Shown here in pieces: positions 37,966-52,401 of a DNA stretch of 64,000 nt. Every line of letters begins with the position of its first letter. The first letter of the stretch is position 1. Where the stretch lies: contig OZ316893.1 in NCBI GenBank assembly GCA_973895155.1, positions 12,602,359 to 12,666,358 on the forward strand. Direction: 5' to 3'. The notes beneath the pieces were generated by a model. The model made no database searches and was not told the DNA's origin. It saw only the letters and a list, made by a program, of their open reading frames with translations. The stretch comes from Marsupella aquatica (lineage: Eukaryota > Plantae > Marchantiophyta). The position numbers and the translations under genes are program-made.

Positions 37966-40900
37966 GGAAGACTGAGCAAAGTAGGAGATTACAGTTAATA
38001 TGGTTTATACCCAAATTGGGTGAAGGTCTAGTAAACAGACGGCACTTACTGAAAATGAAGCGAAGCTCAAGTGCGGAAGTAGCTTTAACTTCTTGTTCAG
38101 TATGGTTGGAGTCCCTCCTCCATAAAGCAGTGCTGCCCTTGATTGGGGCAAGCCAGCAAGGGTCACAGAGCATGATACTATTCCAGACTTCTCTGGAGTA
38201 GGGATGCCTCGAATCTTCCAATCTGTCAGTGATCGGAGGATGGTACCCGCAGTGTACACTGATTCTATTCCATTTTTTTTCTTATCTTAGAAGGTCTGAT
38301 TTGGAACTACACAGTCGAGACAAAGGGTGTAGACTTTTCCAAAGGTAGGATTTCAGATATATCCCAGGAGTTACTTGTTCGCCAAAGTGGTAATGATGCA
38401 GTACGGGAATGTAAATATTACGAAAAGAGAAGTCTAGGTTTATCTGTGGGGTGGTCTCACTCACTTGTGTTAAGGATTTGATACTCTTATGAATGATTTA
38501 TGTTCATGTTTCTCACTATCCTCAATGAATGCAAATTTGACGGATCGTGCGATGTGGAGTGTATGTTTAATGAGAGTGTAATTATTAATGATTTTGGTTC
38601 GAGTGTTGAAGCACCCCTGTCCCTCATCACGACCTGGATCCAGCAGGTAGCACAATTTATAGGAGGTTTGTCCTGAAATTGTGGAGGAAGATGTCATAGT
38701 AGAAGATGGCAGCGAGTGGAATATAAAAAAGAAGCATTTTGGGACGCGTCCCCCTTTTTTAGTGCTGCTGGTGCTTTAATTCACGGTAAACCCGTCCCAT
38801 TTGCAACCTGGGAAAGTGCAGCAGCCCCTTTCTCTTCGACCTCCTTGAGAGTTGGAAATGGCAGCCCACGAGTGCTTGATGATTATTTTCTTCGGCTACG
38901 AATCTGAAGTTAGGAGATGAGTTAGTTTGTGTCAAGTTTGTTTATGTGAGTGGACATTGTGATCTTCACTCTCAAGTTGAAAGTCCTTCATATTTCAGAG
39001 GAGGGTTTTAAAATTGGAAATAGTGATGTCAGAGCCAGTGTCCCAACCTGTAACTGCGGCGGTGAAGAGTTTGACTCTTCACTTTTCGAGGAAGGCAGAG
39101 GCTAGAACATCCGCATTTCAAAGCATTTCGTACATTGCGAAGTTTTGGACATCCGAGCTCTCTATTCGAATTTCAAGGTTCTCATTCGCTTGTCACAAAA
39201 ATCTGAAAGAAAGCAAAATTTCACATCAAGAATTTCAAAGGGATTTAGGCAATTTGGGGAGCTTGTAATTGGGAAAAACATACACCATTACAAAGGGTGG
39301 ACCAATGTGTGAGGACCCGACAAAGGGTGGACGACGTGGAATGGTAACCTCATGGAGTCCAGCGCCAAGGAGTCCAATACCCAACTAAGCTTTACTCACC
39401 CGTGAGCTCAAAAGCCTAGTAAAGGTCAAAAGTAAATCGCCCTGGAAGGTCATGAGTGTCCAAAATTTAGAAATCTAAGGAATGCTTGAAATGGATGGAC
39501 GGTGATTTTCTGCTGACAGTGAGTGAGGAAACTAGAATTTTGTTCTAGCCCTCGGGAAAGTCGACTGGCAGGTACCTTTTTCCCCCCCATTGCCCCCTTT
39601 TTTCTTCTTCTGAGGACGACAAATCATCCTTGAGACCGACCCCACCTTCGTCGCTGTTGCCCAGAAACAACAATTTGCTATCTCTGCTGCTGCACATTGA
39701 CGGGTATCTCTCCATCATCATCATCCTGAGAGAGTTTCTGCTGGAATGAAGAAGTCATCTCATCAATCTTTGTTAGACTCCGCAGCTCTCAATCTGCTTC
39801 TCGTTCGAAATTTGATGATTGCAGCAACTCTGTTCTTTCTGGAATGTGAACTTTGTCTAATGGGAACTTCGTGCACAGCCTGTCGCGGGGGCTACTTGGG
39901 TATGGGAGGGTCCAACCTACTCAAACTTGGCCACTCTTTGATTCTGAGTCATCAAGATAGAAGGATAACGGTACACATACTCTTGGATACATGATACTCT
40001 TGGATAAGTGTAGTGTGTATTATTACTGCCTATACTGTGGATCATTTCCTCTGGCTCTGGCGCCCACTTACCGTCTGCTTCCATTCCCAGCCACTGCCAA
40101 ATTTAATATCTCCTTTCTGGAGAGAGTTCAGCTTTCGAATTCCAGAAACTGACAAGAAAAAGGACAGTGTGACACTCGAACACGGTGGAAATTGAAGAAA
40201 ACATCTGAATAAGAAGATAGACAGACTGATGTCTTAGAGAATCTGAAGCCTTTCGATTGGAATTGGAATCACTTCAAGTTATTTGAGCTACATCGTAGGA
40301 AAAAATGGATCATTAGTCTCAAGAGACCCATGCTAGGTTGCACATTATGGTAGATCTAGTCGTCAAGCTGAGATTGGACGATCCGTAATTGAACAATGCG
40401 AATTCGTTCAAACAAGAAATTGCAACCAAGTCTATGGACGTACAGACGTTCAATCATTTTTTTTTGCTCCTGTGCCTTCCGTCTGTGTCAATTCGAGGCG
40501 TTTACATGTACTAAGCTTCTTGATGACTTCCCATCATCAAGAATAGGAAATATAATCAAACTCTTAGGATCAATTACAACATTACAACTAGGTTGCAATT
40601 ACCCTGGCTTTGGCCTCAACTGAATTCTGTCCAGATCCTAGTGGGCCATCATTCCTCTACTTCAGAAATAGATTGAAATAGGTTTTCACTAGGAGGATCC
40701 ACTTGTGCAATTGAAGTGGGGTGTACTTCCACATACATGTTTGGCTGACATATGGAACTAATGAGCCTATGCAAAAGCTTAGAAGAAAACACACCCTGAA
40801 GCGACAAAAGAGGCTAGATGGCAACAAAAGAAAACAAGGGTTTTGGAACAAGATCCTGATATATACCGTTTTCTCTTCCCTGTCACCCTTTCCCTGCACA

Positions 40901-43652
40901 GACGTTCTCTTTAGTCCCTAGAGCCCTCACTATGCTAGGGAATAGTTAGAAACATATGCTAGAAACATCTTTTAGTGTATAGTAGCCCCCTGGTAACGGG
41001 ATATTATGGGCCATAACCCCAGAAACGGCTTTAATTAATAAAGTCAAAATTTTAGGGGTTACTATTGTTCAGTAGCTCAATGCCTGTCCAAAAAGAAAAA
41101 AGCAAGACAATCCGGGTTGGATATAGTCAGCATAGGATTATGGGTAAAAATATCAGGTGCTGTTGCAGTTGCTAAATAAAGAACACTGAAGGACAACAGC
41201 AAAATGAACTGGAGGGTAAAAACTTCATGGACATTTGAATATAGGAGTCAGGGTGCTTTGAATAAAAATAGATTGTCCATAAAAAGAAAATGTGCTATTT
41301 CATTTGATGAATACTCCCATAATTTCTCCCATAATTTCTTACCCCCCACCCTGCATTTCCCCACCACAATTGATGGGCCAGGACTAAAAAGGAAAGGGGT
41401 AGCCTCCCTGTCCTTTTTGTCTCCCCTGGTCTCCCCTGGTCCCCCCTGGTCCCCCCTGGTCCCCCCTCCCTATTTTCCCCCTGTTTTCTTTCCTTCCTTT
41501 TGGATGTCTAAAACAACTCGGATAATGCCTTTCACAGTTGGGATTTGAAATGTGATCTCAGGTAGCTGACCATTTGCAGCATTTTCAGTTAGTTTATCTG
41601 TCTGATAGTGAGTCAGTGATTGTGCCCAAACTACTTAGGGGATCATTCACAAAATTAAAGCATCCATTTTCATTTGATTTATAATATTTGGTCATCTCGT
41701 TGCTCATAAAGAATGGAGCCCATGATCTAACAAACAGTACCTCTCAAACTTAATATTTGATCATTTCCTTGCTAATAAAGAATGGAGCCCATGATCTAAA
41801 AAACAGTCTCAAACTACGACTCAAACTTTGTCAGGTAAATAGATTGGACACCAGAGAATATGTTGGAAACGTACAATTGATATTAACAAAAATCCAGAAG
41901 CTATTAAAAACTGCCTGGACAGGTTTGCCAAATATCAATAAGTGCTAGTTCACAATTGGTTGGGGCGCTTGAAAAACTTGATTAGAGTTCTTCACAAATT
42001 AAAGTGAAACTTCATTCTCAAATGGAACTAGCTACTCCATTTTTATTTTCAGTGTAAACTGTGAATGATGACTCTACCTAGTCCATTGGGATGCATGGCC
42101 GGTCATACTGTCTTGGTCTATCTGGGCTTCAGTTTTTGAGCCCTTACTGCTTGGGATTAGAAATGAAATGTAGAAAAACTTTGTAGGTGAGAAGTTGGAA
42201 GCATAATGCCCTTTATGATGTTTTCATTTCCATTTGTATTTTTCAGGATATTCTGGGAGCCTAATTAATGCCCAGTCAATATTTGGATTGCCTCTTTAAT
42301 AAGATTCTACTTATTTTGAGAGCATCATCCCTTGGCATTTTTGGGTTCATAGGCAGCCTTGCCCTCATTGTTTGCTGATCGCCCAGGCTGATCGCTTCCT
42401 TGTTGAGGATCGGCCTTTTTAAGTTTCATCTCTTATGGAGGTGAGGAGTGTTCGCTCCCATTTCAGGTTTATTTGCGCAACACACGGTCCTCACTACCAG
42501 ATCTTGTACGCGCTTGCTGCATTACCTTCTTTTCATGAGTTTTTATCCTTGGACCCTCAGTCTCCATCTTCAGGCTGACCTTGTTGAACGTAGACACACT
42601 TTCACCCTCTCTAGCATCCTCGCCAAGGCACCTGAAACGGACTGAGCTTGGAAACTTTCTTCTAGAGGCCAGAAAAGGCGCTGGAGGGTGGCTTAAGGCC
42701 AATCCAACCATCCCCCATCCCCCATCTGTGGATGTCTTTAGAGGAATTCTCCACCGCCATTCATCTTTGTGGGACTACCCTATCCTCTTCTCGTAGGTCT
42801 ACTCACTTCATGCACATGTGGGAAGCCTTGTGACACCATAGAGGTCTATCGATCAGCTTTGATGCACTTTGGGAGACAAAACCATAATGATTCATGATAC
42901 TATGAGAGATGCTACTGCTCAGGTTCTCTCTGGGTCTTTGGTACACAAGCGGAGGGAGGTGATGCTTGAACTACCTGGTCCTCCACCACAACGATTACGG
43001 GTTGACTGACCATGGTCGGTGATGGTCGGCGTACTTTGGCAGAAGTTGTAGTAGAAAACCCTTTGCATCAGGACCGCATTGAGTTAGCAGCGGCATCCTA
43101 GGCGGCCACGACATTGAAGGACTGAGGCAAAATATGCCACTCGAGCTTCATCAAATTCCTTCCTCCCCCTTGCTATTGAGATTTCCGGGCGTCTTCATCA
43201 TCAGTTTGATGGGCTCCTTTAACAGGCTGTTCGTGACATTCACAAACGGACCCCCACTATCCATCTTGACCACACACTTTCGTCAGTGCATTTCAGTTGC
43301 CTCACTGACAAAGTGCCCAAGCTTGCATCATTTATAGTCGATCCCTCACAATAGGAGCCAGTGTGCATCCACCAACACTAGCCCCCCTAGAGGACATTCC
43401 TGTCCCACTTGCTTATTTAGTTAGGACATTAGATGTGGCATAATTATAGCTCTTGTCACATTATTTTTCCAATGTGAACACTAGTAGCTCAGTTTGCACT
43501 CATGCTGATTGACACCCTTCTGTTTATTGTCTTCAGATTTTTAGGTATTTGTTTGGTTTTTGTCCTCTTTGGACCTCTTTTTCTTTGGACCACTTTTTCT
43601 TGCCTTTCATTGTACTTTGGTGGCTAGTTTCTCTTTTTTACTAAAGCTGGAA

Positions 43653-44248
43653 AATTAGTTCGTGGACCCCTTGACTAATTGATAGTCTAGTTATCACAAA
43701 CAGTTTTCAAAATCAGGCCTTTTTGGTACATGCTACCAAATTCTCAGGCTACAAGAATCAAAATTCAATTTGTGACATTTGCAATTAGATGAATGTCTGA
43801 TCAAATGAATTGTTTAAGTTCGTTGAGTGTTCAAGTTTGGACCATGGCTAGCAGTTTACCTTAATTGCAAAGGGCCGGAAATCTTACTCCAGGTGCCAAT
43901 TACCCTTTGACAAGGAAATTATCAAGTTAGTTATTAGTCATTATTTATTATATGAAAAACATTTTTTTATAAATCTTTGAATTTAAGTTTTAAAATTGGA
44001 AATGTAACTAAAATGGTTACATAGTGCCAGTTTTAACTGTCTTGCTATTTACATTTCTAATTTTTTACTTTTCTTTTTACGGCATGGCGTCCCAAAATTT
44101 ACACTCAAATTGACACAAACACGAATGATAACTATAAGTTTGATTCACAAAACTGATGAGTCTTGTTTGTTGCGATTGTTATTGACGTGGCACAATGTGG
44201 TGCCAGGAATTTTGGAAGGGACCTCTAGTGGGGTCCAGAAAGAAAATT
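43653..44248. mobile_element. Non-autonomous TIR element, copy 1 (GGACCCC-cored termini)
   Basis: Left AATTAGTTCGTGGACCCC, right GGGGTCC. Segment 43915-44236 is highly similar to 54763-55080. Confidence 0.6.
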
Positions 44249-44317
44249 CTCTCACTTAGGCCTTCAAGCTAGTATTGTAATAAAAGTCATGTTTCCTGAG
44301 CATTATGGGCAATGAGC

Positions 44318-44630
44318 ATTATGGGCAATAATAGCCCCTCAAAACTGGACCTAAACTCTTGTTTTTGGGGGCATTTTTATATCCCATGTACCTCTAAAAA
44401 ATACGTTAGTATATACAACAATAATTAACTTTTATGGACCATCCTTGGAATCCCCCCAAATAGACCATGCCAATTATGGGCAATAATAGCCCCTCAAAAG
44501 TGGAGCTAAGCTCTTGTTTTAGGGGGCATTATTATATCTTATGTACCTCAGTCTAAAAAGTACTTTAGTATATACAACAATAATTAACTTTTATGGACCA
44601 TCCTTGGAATGCCCCCAAATAGACCATGCA
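44318..44630. repeat. ~155-bp tandem duplication
   Basis: ATTATGGGCAATAATAGCCCCTCAAAA...TATGGACCATCCTTGGAAT.CCCCCAAATAGACCATGC occurs twice. Confidence 0.85.
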
Positions 44631-45890
44631 TGATGCATGCCATAGAAAACTACAGTACAATAATCTCAGGGGTCTAATTATATGGAGGCCTCCCATCAGT
44701 GCAAGGTTTAGGGTGTTTAGGCCTCAAACCCTCTAATTGTGAGAATAGTTTTTAATTTTTTAACTCCTATGAAATTGAATATTCCAAAAAATTGATCAAA
44801 TTAAAGACCCTAAGTCTCAAATTTGGATTTAAATACCATACTGTTTGTTTGAGAAAATTCTTAAATCTTCCCTTAGAACAAATAAAACGACCTTATCTTT
44901 AGTTGCATGTAATATGCCAGTTTTTGTTTGTAGAAGTTTAGGGGTGTGGTGTAACTTGGGGTGTGGTGTCCTAGGCCATGCATTGCTTGGGGAGGTCCCC
45001 TTTAGATATGGCCGGCTTATTATTATTCAGTTGTGGTCGTTGCAATGTGCTCAGCTCAGCTCAAGTCTATTCTACTCTACTCAGACAACTCTGATCGGAT
45101 CAGTGAGTTGAAGAGCTCGATCCATCATCACGTGAATGATGCGTTCAATTCTACTCCCTATAACGATGCAGTACAAAAAGAGATCAGTGATGCTTTTCTT
45201 GTATGACAGAGGAGTGCAATGTACGTGATCGCTCCAGTTGGTTGCTGCTTTGCTCCATAATTAGTCAGTCCGAGGTCTGGCCGAGGAGTAACCGAAACTG
45301 ACACAATTGAATTGTTAAGAATTCGGTAAAAATATAAAACACAGGCAAAGAAGAAAAGCCGCCAATTCATTAGGGTGTCTCAAACCAGGCCCTCTGCAGA
45401 CTTTTCTCATGAACGATCTGCTGCAAACTAAAAATTTTAGTGACTGAAAGGCTGCAACTTCTGCTGTTGAGAGTGTCAATGCTGCGCATTCATTTGATTA
45501 ATTGAAATGTGCATGCTGCTTGGTTGCGAAGTAGTGGATGCGTTCAAAAATGCCTTTCGAAATGTCTAGCCCGTACGTAGCCGTTGAATTGAACTCAACT
45601 TGGACGGCATAGTGCCACTCATGCCGTATGGTGAACCCAGAGGCGGGTCTTGTGACCCATCTCAAATCAAAGTCCCATCCAGTGATATTTGACTATGGAG
45701 ATAAACGACGATTTGCTCATGACCCTGGATGTATGTTTCCTGTCACTGCAGCCCTGAAATTATTGGGAAAGTCCAGGTTCGAGATGCCACGGCTAATATT
45801 TGTGGAAAGGAATCTTGAAATCAGGTCAGGAAGTAATCCAGAAACGTACGCATCTGCACTTCTGCAGGTCCCTCAGTCTCGAGCTAGGGC

Positions 45891-45891
<1 letters not shown>

Positions 45892-45925
<34 letters not shown>
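45892..45925. repeat. (TA)n microsatellite
   Basis: Directly visible. A shorter one lies at ~55108-55124. Confidence 0.95.
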
Positions 45926-45927
<2 letters not shown>

Positions 45928-47194
45928 CTGCAACGTAGGAGAGGATCGATTCAAAGCATTTCACGTAAGAATCTAAGGTTTAACCTTTTGCAGAGAGGTA
46001 CCCCAAAACTATATGTTGCTGTTGTTCGAGATCCTACTTTTTGGGTTCTCCTTTAAATGCTGTTTGACACTTTTCTCTTCTGAGTTTGTTTCTATAGGCA
46101 TCTTTTTGATTGAAGTGGTTGGGCAGTTACGCATAGGGACAGATTCCTGGGCATTACAGTAAAGCAGTTGACAAGAATTCCAAGCTAACAGAAATCGCCC
46201 ATGTGGCACGAGCTAGTAGTCCCAGTCCATTTGAGTCTGTGAGGAAGAAACGTTGTTGACTCGCTCAAGATTCCGCAAATCAGACGAGACACCATCGTAA
46301 GTTTCGTGGGAAGAAAACAAATGATAGGATTATGGAGTGTAAAACAAGTTTTCCAGCAAATCTCTTGGGGGTGGAAAGTCCCAGGCGTTCGAGTCACTGG
46401 GTCTGAGTGAACGATAGAGTAGTTGTAAAAGTTAAACTCAAGCAAATATAAAGTTCGTCAGGGTGGAGCATGATAACTGCTGTCCACGAGGATATGCTAG
46501 GAATATTTTTTATTTTAATTTAGTAGATTACTCTAAACCTATTCGATCTTCCCAGGCTAGGAGTGCCAACAGATTCTAGCTGATACGTCCCGGGCTTGGT
46601 AGTAAACTGACTAAATAATGAGACAAATGAGCCAGAATTAGCCAAAAGTGGCAAAAAGGTTTTTCAGAAGGCTACTAGAAAGTCTAGTATTCCTGGTAGA
46701 CCCGCCCCCTGTTCTGTATCTATTTTTCAATCTTGTCCATCCTTTCTTAATATATGTTCAATTATGTTAAATTGACATTACATATATGATTGAGGGATAC
46801 CTAAAACTAATCTATCTCTTCCCAAGAGTGTGATTAATAAACTCTTTAATTAACAGTTATAACTTCTCCCATTTTAACTACTTCTCACAGTTTTGTTTTC
46901 TAAGTTTATGTTTTGAGTGACTTGCCTTGCTGACTAAAGTCATTATGAGAGAAACATGAGAAGTCCACAATTTTTTGATTAATACATAATCTTTTAGAAC
47001 TTAAACAGTTGCATATTAGAAAATTGACATGTGGATATAAGAGTGGGGAAACTGCGCAAGTCATCCAACATTAATTTATTCTTGCTTTAAGGATATTCAT
47101 AAAAAAATAGTACTAAACAGAAATAATTAAGTTTTCTACTTGATATCAGAATTATGGAGAAGAAAACTATAAGACAAGCTTTTTACTTCCTTTT

Positions 47195-47545
47195 GGGATC
47201 CTCACACCTTTACTTATTTTAAACAATTTTTCTTGCTAATCTATTTAGACATGATAGTTGTCAAAATTTTTGAATACCATTAATTTGGGGAAGGTTCCTA
47301 AAAGTTAGATCAACCTTATCAGGAATTGGTATTATTTATGTACGAAACTTTCTTTGCCACTTTTTACAAGCTTTCTGAGATCCTCACACCTTTAGTTAGA
47401 TTAAAGAAAGTTATTTCGCTAATCTATTAGATATGATACTCTCTTCTAAAAGCTTTTAATATCATATGTGGAAGGTTGCTAAAAGTTACAGCAACCTTAC
47501 CAGATATTGATATTTTCTCTCCCAGAAAATTTCTTTGCCAGTTTT
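47195..47545. repeat. Diverged ~180-bp tandem duplication
   Basis: GATCCTCACACCTTTA...GCTAATCTATT...GGAAGGTT.CTAAAAGTTA...CAACCTTA...TTTCTTTGCCA occurs twice. Confidence 0.7.
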
Positions 47546-50500
47546 TATGAGCGAGGGACACTACTGGGTTGCCTGTGCTTGTACCTCACAGTTTGTGGTA
47601 ATAAACCTCTATTTCCAAACAGGAAAAAGGGGCAATAAATACAAGAGGATCGAATTATACACCACAGAAAAAAACTACAATAGTTTTTTGTCGTAGGAGG
47701 AAACAAAGGAAAAAACTCCTGAGTATTTCCAAAAGTTTTGGTCGAGGGCTTTGGAGTACACGGGAGTGTTCGTTACGCACCGAACAAGATTGGAATGGCA
47801 GTAAGTGTGCAGTGCGGAGTGTGAATGGTTTGACCAAATCCCCGGGATAGATTATAGACAAGACTCACAAAGACAAAGAATTGACGGGATGCCGCATTAA
47901 TTCCCACCAACTTGACCCAGCTATTTGCTTCGCCGATACCCCGAAATAGCATGAAAGATGCTTAGCCCTGGACTGACTGAGAATGATTAGATACTGCCAT
48001 CATTAGCAATCGGTGACAAGAAAGGCATTGTCGATAGAAATGACTGCGGATGGTGTTGCCAAATGGTGTTGTTCCAATTGGGCTAAGAAAGTAAGAGATT
48101 AGAGAGAATCGAGACATTGGGGGATCTATCACTAGCAGTCCAGTACGTGACTGACAAGAAAGTAAGCCACGCATTGAGGAATGATTTGTCCAAGGCAGTT
48201 AATCCGTTACAGGACGTGCAAATTATGCTGCCAAATGGTGTTTCTCCGTTGCTCAGTTGTCAGAAGGACTTAATGTAGCTTCTTCGTAAAACTACCTCAC
48301 ATTCTCACACGATTGCACCAGTTGGGTCGCAAGATCGCATCATTTCTCATCTTTTATTAGATTTCTTCCTGAGTAAAATTTCAGTTCGGACACAAATCAA
48401 AAGAATAGAATTGACACAAGCTTGAATCGACGGCTCTCGAACCACGCTACCTAAGCTTAGGAGCGGGGAATGATTGTGATTCCGACCTTGCTCTTTTTCA
48501 CGTAATTATGAGATAACCATCTCTCCCTACTTGAAAGGAAATTGCGGAAACGGGTTGTCAATGTACGTATTAAGCTCCATCCCGGGGCAGATTGTAGGTC
48601 AATAGGTACTGCATTGAGTTTTTCTCGATTTCATCGAATCGAGTCCAGAGTTCATGGATGTCAACTGGATCTCCAAGAAGGCAGAATGATAGTAAGTTGT
48701 TCCTTGGGGGTATTGCTCTTGACTTGCCGTCCTTCACGTCTTTGTAGGATTTATGTGGGAGATGCGTGGAAAATATCGATGTGCACATCTCGCAGAGCAA
48801 ATTTGTAGGCGAGCTGTATATTACTATTGGCGTTCCGTTTCGTGTGGAAACACTTTCGCTGGACTTGAACCACCATCGTTTCGCCATGTAATTATGCTCT
48901 CCTTGTTACTCTCCCGGTTAGTCTGAGCGGGCGTGTCTATCATATCCCAACCGGTAAGTATGAAACAGCTCGGCAGATCTAACGGTCCGGAGAGTCTGAA
49001 CCAAAGTAACAGCCTATGAGACATTTTCTTTGCTAACAGGAACCGCACAGAATCTGCTCTACATGATCATCTATTCGCACGGTTCTCCTTAAGCCTATAA
49101 TAATGGCATTTCATGAAAGGAATTAATCTCAAATCTGAAATCCTTATCTACCTGGTTGCATGTAGAGTTTGTTAAATAAGTGCTAAATAATCATTCTACA
49201 CAGCTGTGCCAGAGCACAGAGGCCTAGCTAGGAAACCATCCACCAAACTTGAATCTCCTGAATTAAGAATAGATGGACCACACCCAAGACCACAACGATA
49301 CGGGCAAAAATACAGATATGAGCAAGCTCCTGCCCAGTGAATTTAGTCATTTTTGCTTTCACAGAACTGAGTTGACTTACCTGATTTGATCATTGGAAGC
49401 AAGGGGGAACCTTACAAAGTCACTTATCCAAACTAGGTGCCGCCATGAGAGGCTTCATCTTGAATCTGCCCATCTACTGATGGACATCATACTCAATGCC
49501 CGGAGTTCTCAATGACTATCATATTTGTGTTGTGTATAGTACGTGTATTTCATTTGTGTTAGTAAAGCTAGCCCTGTCAGGAGCTAGGACACAAGGTCCT
49601 TTTTTGGGGTGCTTTTCAGGCACCATTGCCCTGGCTTGTGAATGGGACTCGGAATGGCTTTAGGGTCTTTGGAGCTGGATTCACTTTTCTTGTTTTGGGA
49701 ATTTTGGCAGCTAAAACCTGCCCTCCCCGCCCCCTTAGTTCACACATATGCCAGGAACGAGTGGCCTCGAGTTTATGCATGCTTGTTGTGTAAATGCACA
49801 TCTATCATGGAAATTTCATCAAGTATACATCGTGTATGGAAGAATTTTTCGAAATGTTGCAGAAAGAGTACCCAAGAGGCTCAATTATCTTATAACAAAC
49901 ACTACCACCGCGAACCATCTTCCAACAATGGTCACCATGCAGGCGTAAGATGGCCACCGAGGAGACAAATGGATTTGAATAGATCTGATTTCAAAGAAGA
50001 ACAATCGAAGATGCAGGAGAATTTTTTCTCATCCGGCCGGAGTAAGGTATGTTTTATTACAAGTGAGCCACAAAAGATCTACGTATGGACTCTATCTGAC
50101 CACTGGCCTAAACTCTGGAAGGAACCTCAAAAATCTTGCTTGTTATTTCCTTCCCTGCTAGACATTAATTACGTACAAGAAATTAACACAGCGTCGATTC
50201 AGTGCCAGTTCATTTGAAGTACACATTTAGGCTTTGGCTTAGCTCTTTCTCTGCGGACACCGATGGGTAGCCGAACATAAGCATTATCTTGGAAGCGCAA
50301 CGGCCATTTAGGAAGCTTTTCGAGTTTGGTACACAAGAATTAATGTGAAGCTCTTTTGTAGCATTGACATCAAAACTGACCCTCAATGCAATCATGCTGT
50401 TCCATGTCGATGGTAAAAAATGATATCGACCTGGATGCTACCATCTGTCCTCTGACTGTGGCCCAAAACATTCAATGACCGACCTACAAGGTCGAGACTT

Positions 50501-50637
50501 ATTTTGCGTTTTTCCTCGCCGCGCGCCAATGACACCGTACCCTCTCCATCCGGGGTTCATGGATGTTCATGGAGATTTTGATTCGAACACGAAGAGTATG
50601 ACGTTTGACATCCGTTCGTCGAATGCGAACTAGCTAG

Positions 50638-52401
50638 CTAGCAAACTGGTACTGTTGATAGCTCTTGTGTTTGGCTCCACAAAGGTTCTTGCGGAAGAAA
50701 ATCTGTAGAGGGGAATGGAACCCCGGGGCTACGAAGACTGTCGGAGATTGAACGAAAAATGCCGGGGCTTGAAAGCGGAAAACATTCTTGTTGGGAGAGA
50801 TACGAGGTACCCTCACATTCCATCCATGTTGAACCAGCACTAGGATGGCCGTTGAACACATTCACCCTGGCCTCCTGTTGCCGGAAGGACGATGCATTGA
50901 AAGACGCACAAACAGAAGGATTTTGGCCCGAGGAGGACAGAGGCAAGCGATTAGCAGCAGACGATGCCTGCTGCCGAAGGATGGAGCTTGAACCAGAATA
51001 CCGTGAGCTGTGCAAGTAGTCTTTCAAATTCTTGGTCAGGTCGCTGTACACAGTGGAAAGTGCTCCTTGGAATCCGGTCAACAAGCCACCGTCCAGCTCT
51101 GCTGACGGTAGCGCACTGAGCTGCCTCATTCCATCAGCGTTATCTTGCTGCTGCTCTGAATTCACATTGTACACAGGTGCAGCGCGACCCATTCTCGGCA
51201 CACTTATTTCAAGGTCTCCAGACGCAACCAGACCGGTAACCACATTCGTGAACTCTCCTCCGGCACCGGTGTTGTAATTTTCTGCACCATATGAAAAAGC
51301 TCGACCAGCAGACGACGATCCAGAGACGCATCTATTGTCGCCACCGTCATAGATCATTTCAGCAGCTGCCGCATTACGTTTTGAGGGTAACTGGGTATAC
51401 ATCTCAATGAACGCCTTCGTAAACTTCTCTTCCGTGTCAGGCGTTCCCAGTTCGGCTGTGTTGCCTGTTGACGGCCTCCCGCACAGTCGGTCCGATTCTC
51501 CAGCTTGCTGATGGTGTCGCTCCTGAGCACCACCTCCTGTGATGGAATTCATGGCATTTAGAGAGAGGGGATGAGAGAGTACTGAGGAAGTTCGGTCTGC
51601 TTCCAAAGTGTAGCCCATTGCACTGTTGTGAGGAGAGTGAGAGTCCGGGTCATCGTCTGGTTTGGGATACAGCTGCGCAGCTTGATGATACATTTCGTGA
51701 GTTGTAGTGCGGTAGTCTGCGGGATTGACATCATTCGAATTGAAAGGATTTGTTTTGGCAGCAGATGCAGCCTTAGCGCGTTGCAGCAGGAGCCGAATGG
51801 CCTTTGACGGGTGCTCTGATCTTCCGTCCTTCGGAAGACCAAAGTTCGTACGAGTGTTTGATCCACGCAAAGCACGAGCTGCTTCGTCATACGCTGCTGC
51901 TGCATCTTCGGCGTTGTCGTAGGTTCCGAGCCACAGTCGGATGTTCTGCGTGGAATCCTTGATCTCTGCTACCCATCGTCCCGAGGGCCTTTGTCTAACG
52001 CCCACAAATCTCCTCGTTTTCGACTTCTGAGCCTTTCCTCCCGTCAACTTCTTCATCCCAAGTGTGCCGACTGATAATCTAGACGGGCTACTGTTTCCAT
52101 CGGACAGTTCCGGTCCTGCAAAGCCTCCCTCAGCACGATCTACACTGTTGAACATGTTGTCATCGTCATTGACTACTGCGGGCTCCTCCTCACCATGATC
52201 ACCCTCTGAGCAGCCGGTGAGTGCTGACTGTCCCACTTGCTCATCGCTTGCCTCTACGCTGCTCTCCATCGTAGAGTTTGCGTTCCAGGAGGACCTGACA
52301 CTCGTTTCAGTTTTTGCTGTTGCTACGGGTGTTGCTGCTGTTGGTGTCCCTTCACAAAGATCCTCTCGATTTCGTAGTCGTGTAAAATTTTCAGTCATCA
52401 T
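50638..52401 (-). CDS. AP2/ERF transcription factor, RAP2.11/ERN-like (ERF group V), single exon
   Basis: 587-aa ORF with the AP2 domain RFVGVRQRPSGRWVAEIKDSTQNIRLWLGTYDNAEDAAAAYDEAARALRGSNTRTNF, the signature of the RAP2.11/ERN clade. Confidence 0.9.
   Translation of the reverse strand: MMTENFTRLRNREDLCEGTPTAATPVATAKTETSVRSSWNANSTMESSVEASDEQVGQSALTGCSEGDHGEEEPAVVNDDDNMFNSVDRAEGGFAGPELSDGNSSPSRLSVGTLGMKKLTGGKAQKSKTRRFVGVRQRPSGRWVAEIKDSTQNIRLWLGTYDNAEDAAAAYDEAARALRGSNTRTNFGLPKDGRSEHPSKAIRLLLQRAKAASAAKTNPFNSNDVNPADYRTTTHEMYHQAAQLYPKPDDDPDSHSPHNSAMGYTLEADRTSSVLSHPLSLNAMNSITGGGAQERHHQQAGESDRLCGRPSTGNTAELGTPDTEEKFTKAFIEMYTQLPSKRNAAAAEMIYDGGDNRCVSGSSSAGRAFSYGAENYNTGAGGEFTNVVTGLVASGDLEISVPRMGRAAPVYNVNSEQQQDNADGMRQLSALPSAELDGGLLTGFQGALSTVYSDLTKNLKDYLHSSRYSGSSSILRQQASSAANRLPLSSSGQNPSVCASFNASSFRQQEARVNVFNGHPSAGSTWMECEGTSYLSQQECFPLSSPGIFRSISDSLRSPGVPFPSTDFLPQEPLWSQTQELSTVPVC

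Noticed and set aside
42300-43400. GC-richer stretch resembling a decayed TE coding region
   Set aside because: Fragmented frames with no identifiable motif; cannot be assigned.
49642-50217. 191-aa plus-strand ORF
   Set aside because: Lies antisense in the probable 3' region of the ERF gene, has a non-ATG start and no domain.
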